A DNA stretch of 32,000 bases from the NCBI RefSeq assembly GCF_001457615.1, contig NZ_LN831024.1, forward strand, positions 4,380,001-4,412,000, read 5' to 3'. The DNA comes from Pseudomonas aeruginosa. Lineage in GTDB: Bacteria; Pseudomonadota; Gammaproteobacteria; Pseudomonadales; Pseudomonadaceae. The number at the start of each line of letters is the position of its first letter. The stretch's first letter is position 1. The notes beneath the pieces were generated by a model that saw only the letters and a program-made list of their open reading frames with translations, searched no databases and had not been told where the DNA came from. Both the position numbers and the translations under genes were made by a program. This document shows, piece by piece, positions 30,661 to 32,000 of the stretch.

Positions 30661-31007
30661 CCCAGTGGAAAAGCCCCTAAAAAACTGCCGAACCCCCGAT
30701 GGAGTGGGGCTATGGGACAGATTGACGATTTTTTCACCAACTATTTTTATCGTTATTTTTCAATAAGTTACGTTTCAAACATGAAAAATCAAGCGTTTAG
30801 AGCCTAACGCTCTCAACCCTTGACAAGCTGCTTTCCATTTGTGCACAAATTTTCGCCGAAGCCTCTTGCCGCCCCATTGCAGGGCAATGCCGTTCGAAAT
30901 CCTCAGCCACTCTTTCCCTCGGCGCATGCAGGCCAGCCCTGCCCAACCGGCAGGTGGCGGCCTTCAGACGGCGCCCCCGGATCGCTGGCAACCGTGCCCC
31001 CCTCCAC

Positions 31008-31898
31008 TCACGCCGGATGCGGCAACTTTCCGTCCACCAGGAACAGCTCCCAGGAGAAGATTTTCGGCGACCCCGGCACATGCGCCGGCTTGAAGGCCAC
31101 GTAACCGGCCGTGGTTTCGCACAGCCAGGGCGTCAGGTTGCGAGGACGCTTTTCGGTGAAGGCCGCGGGCGTGAACAGGGCGACATTGCAGCCGCGCTCC
31201 GGGCAACGCGCCGAACGGTATTCGAATGCCTGCACCCCGGCGCTGCGCATGGCACTTCCCAGTTCCTGGGGAGCGCGGTAGTCGGCGATGTCGGTCAGCG
31301 CAGCCTCGTGATCGGAGAAAGGCGGCGCCTGCAGACGGATTCCCCGCTCCACCTTCCAGCCCGCCTCGAACGAAGCGTGCTCGGACAGAATCCTCCCGCT
31401 CGGTGGCGGCACCGCCATGCCACTCCACAGGACGCAACGGTAATACGCGCTTTCGGCCATGGCCGTTTCCAGCTTCAACGCGGCGTAGAACAGGCTTGGC
31501 TCGTGGCGACGGCCAAACCGCGACCCCCAGCGCAAGGGCGGATAACGGAACGGGGTCTTCAACAGGTAATGCAATGGCTCGGCATCCGCCGGCACCGGCG
31601 GCTTGCTCGACTCGAGCAGTTCCTCGAGCAACGCCTGTTCTTCCAGGGTGTCGACCAATTGCAGGGTCGCCACCTGCTCCTGGCTCTCCACCAACCGCAC
31701 CAGGCGCCCCTGGAGCGGTCGGATATGCCGCTCACCCTTGCACTGTCGCCAGATCTCGCTCACCTTCCGCCCCTCGCTTCCTGTGGTGTCGGATGCCAGC
31801 GTAGCGGCACCGCAGTCTCCATTCAGCCAGGCGTGTCGCCTCTGGCTGCCAGCCTTTTCCGTGACAGGCGTAGGCCCCCGTACAGGCGCGCCGGGCAT
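31008..31898 (-). CDS. RES-domain toxin (NAD+-degrading family) of a RES-Xre toxin-antitoxin pair
   Basis: Conserved family core: LVRLVESQEQVATLQLVDTLEEQALLEELLESSKPP...LRWGSRFG...LFYAALKLETAMAESAYY...YRSARCPERGCNVALF, with R, E and S motif positions present. The ATG at 31898 overlaps the upstream stop (TGATG). A shorter GTG start at 31763 is possible. Confidence 0.8.
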   Translation of the reverse strand: MPGAPVRGPTPVTEKAGSQRRHAWLNGDCGAATLASDTTGSEGRKVSEIWRQCKGERHIRPLQGRLVRLVESQEQVATLQLVDTLEEQALLEELLESSKPPVPADAEPLHYLLKTPFRYPPLRWGSRFGRRHEPSLFYAALKLETAMAESAYYRCVLWSGMAVPPPSGRILSEHASFEAGWKVERGIRLQAPPFSDHEAALTDIADYRAPQELGSAMRSAGVQAFEYRSARCPERGCNVALFTPAAFTEKRPRNLTPWLCETTAGYVAFKPAHVPGSPKIFSWELFLVDGKLPHPA

Positions 31899-32000
31899 CA
31901 GACCTTGCCGCGGATCGCATCGAGGTATTCCAGCACATGAACCAGGCCCTGCACCTGTCCCATCAGTGCCAGCGGCTCGCCCGCCAGGTGATGGTTGGGA
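31898..32000 (-). CDS. Xre-type/DUF2384 antitoxin, C-terminal fragment (runs off the right edge)
   Basis: The open frame ends ...PNHHLAGEPLALMGQVQGLVHVLEYLDAIRGKV*. This resembles the C-terminal RES-neutralising domain of cognate antitoxins, and the stop overlaps the toxin ATG. Confidence 0.65.
   Translation of the reverse strand, partial: PNHHLAGEPLALMGQVQGLVHVLEYLDAIRGKV

Noticed and set aside
30640-30800. A DnaA-box palindrome plus an adjacent AT-rich stretch, read as a secondary replication origin.
   Set aside because: There is only one consensus box plus one degenerate box. There is no array of boxes, no recognisable 13-mer-type DUE repeats and no replication genes nearby. I kept it as a regulatory curiosity instead.
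30712-30807. The Phe/Tyr-rich sORF (FFTNYFYRYF) read as a transcription-attenuation leader peptide for aromatic amino-acid genes.
   Set aside because: There is no downstream gene on the + strand; the next gene is the convergent RES toxin. I could not draw alternative terminator/antiterminator structures.

Overview
High-GC chromosomal DNA. Gene content and order look like a Pseudomonas aeruginosa core region. From memory it resembles the PAO1 PA1060-to-PA1029 interval read in reverse; no database was consulted. I call about 30 genes.

Left to right:
- A truncated EamA transporter.
- A six-gene Mrp/Sha Na+/H+ antiporter operon.
- slyB.
- A cdaR, GntP-permease and glycerate-kinase module, with pdxH immediately upstream.
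- Envelope lipoproteins, a serine esterase and a secreted glycosidase-like protein.
- SOS-boxed dinG divergent from a CopD-like gene.
- A run of about 12 small genes of unknown function, including OmpA-like, DUF1145-like, glycine-rich, YchJ, YicG, LEA_2 and His-rich SEC-C proteins.
- A YfcG-like GST, the acyl-homoserine-lactone acylase quiP, and rmuC.
- A RES-Xre toxin-antitoxin pair that runs off the right edge.

I found no rRNA, tRNA, CRISPR array, IS element, integrase or prophage gene.

I do not see a clear-cut new multi-gene system. The best candidates for follow-up are:
- The translationally coupled DUF1145-like and collagen-like secreted protein pair beside an OmpA-like lipoprotein.
- The LEA_2 lipoprotein and His-rich SEC-C bicistron.
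- The methyltransferase-like, YchJ and Cys-rich operon.
- The unusually long rmuC/RES intergenic region, which holds a perfect DnaA-box palindrome and a roughly 26% GC island.

Three genes (EamA, the mrpA/B fusion, and a hypothetical gene at 23.7-24.2 kb) each show a break consistent with a 1-nt loss. Two map to short G/C runs; the third is not localized. These could be assembly errors or real pseudogenes.

The many long ORFs antisense to real genes are GC-driven artefacts.
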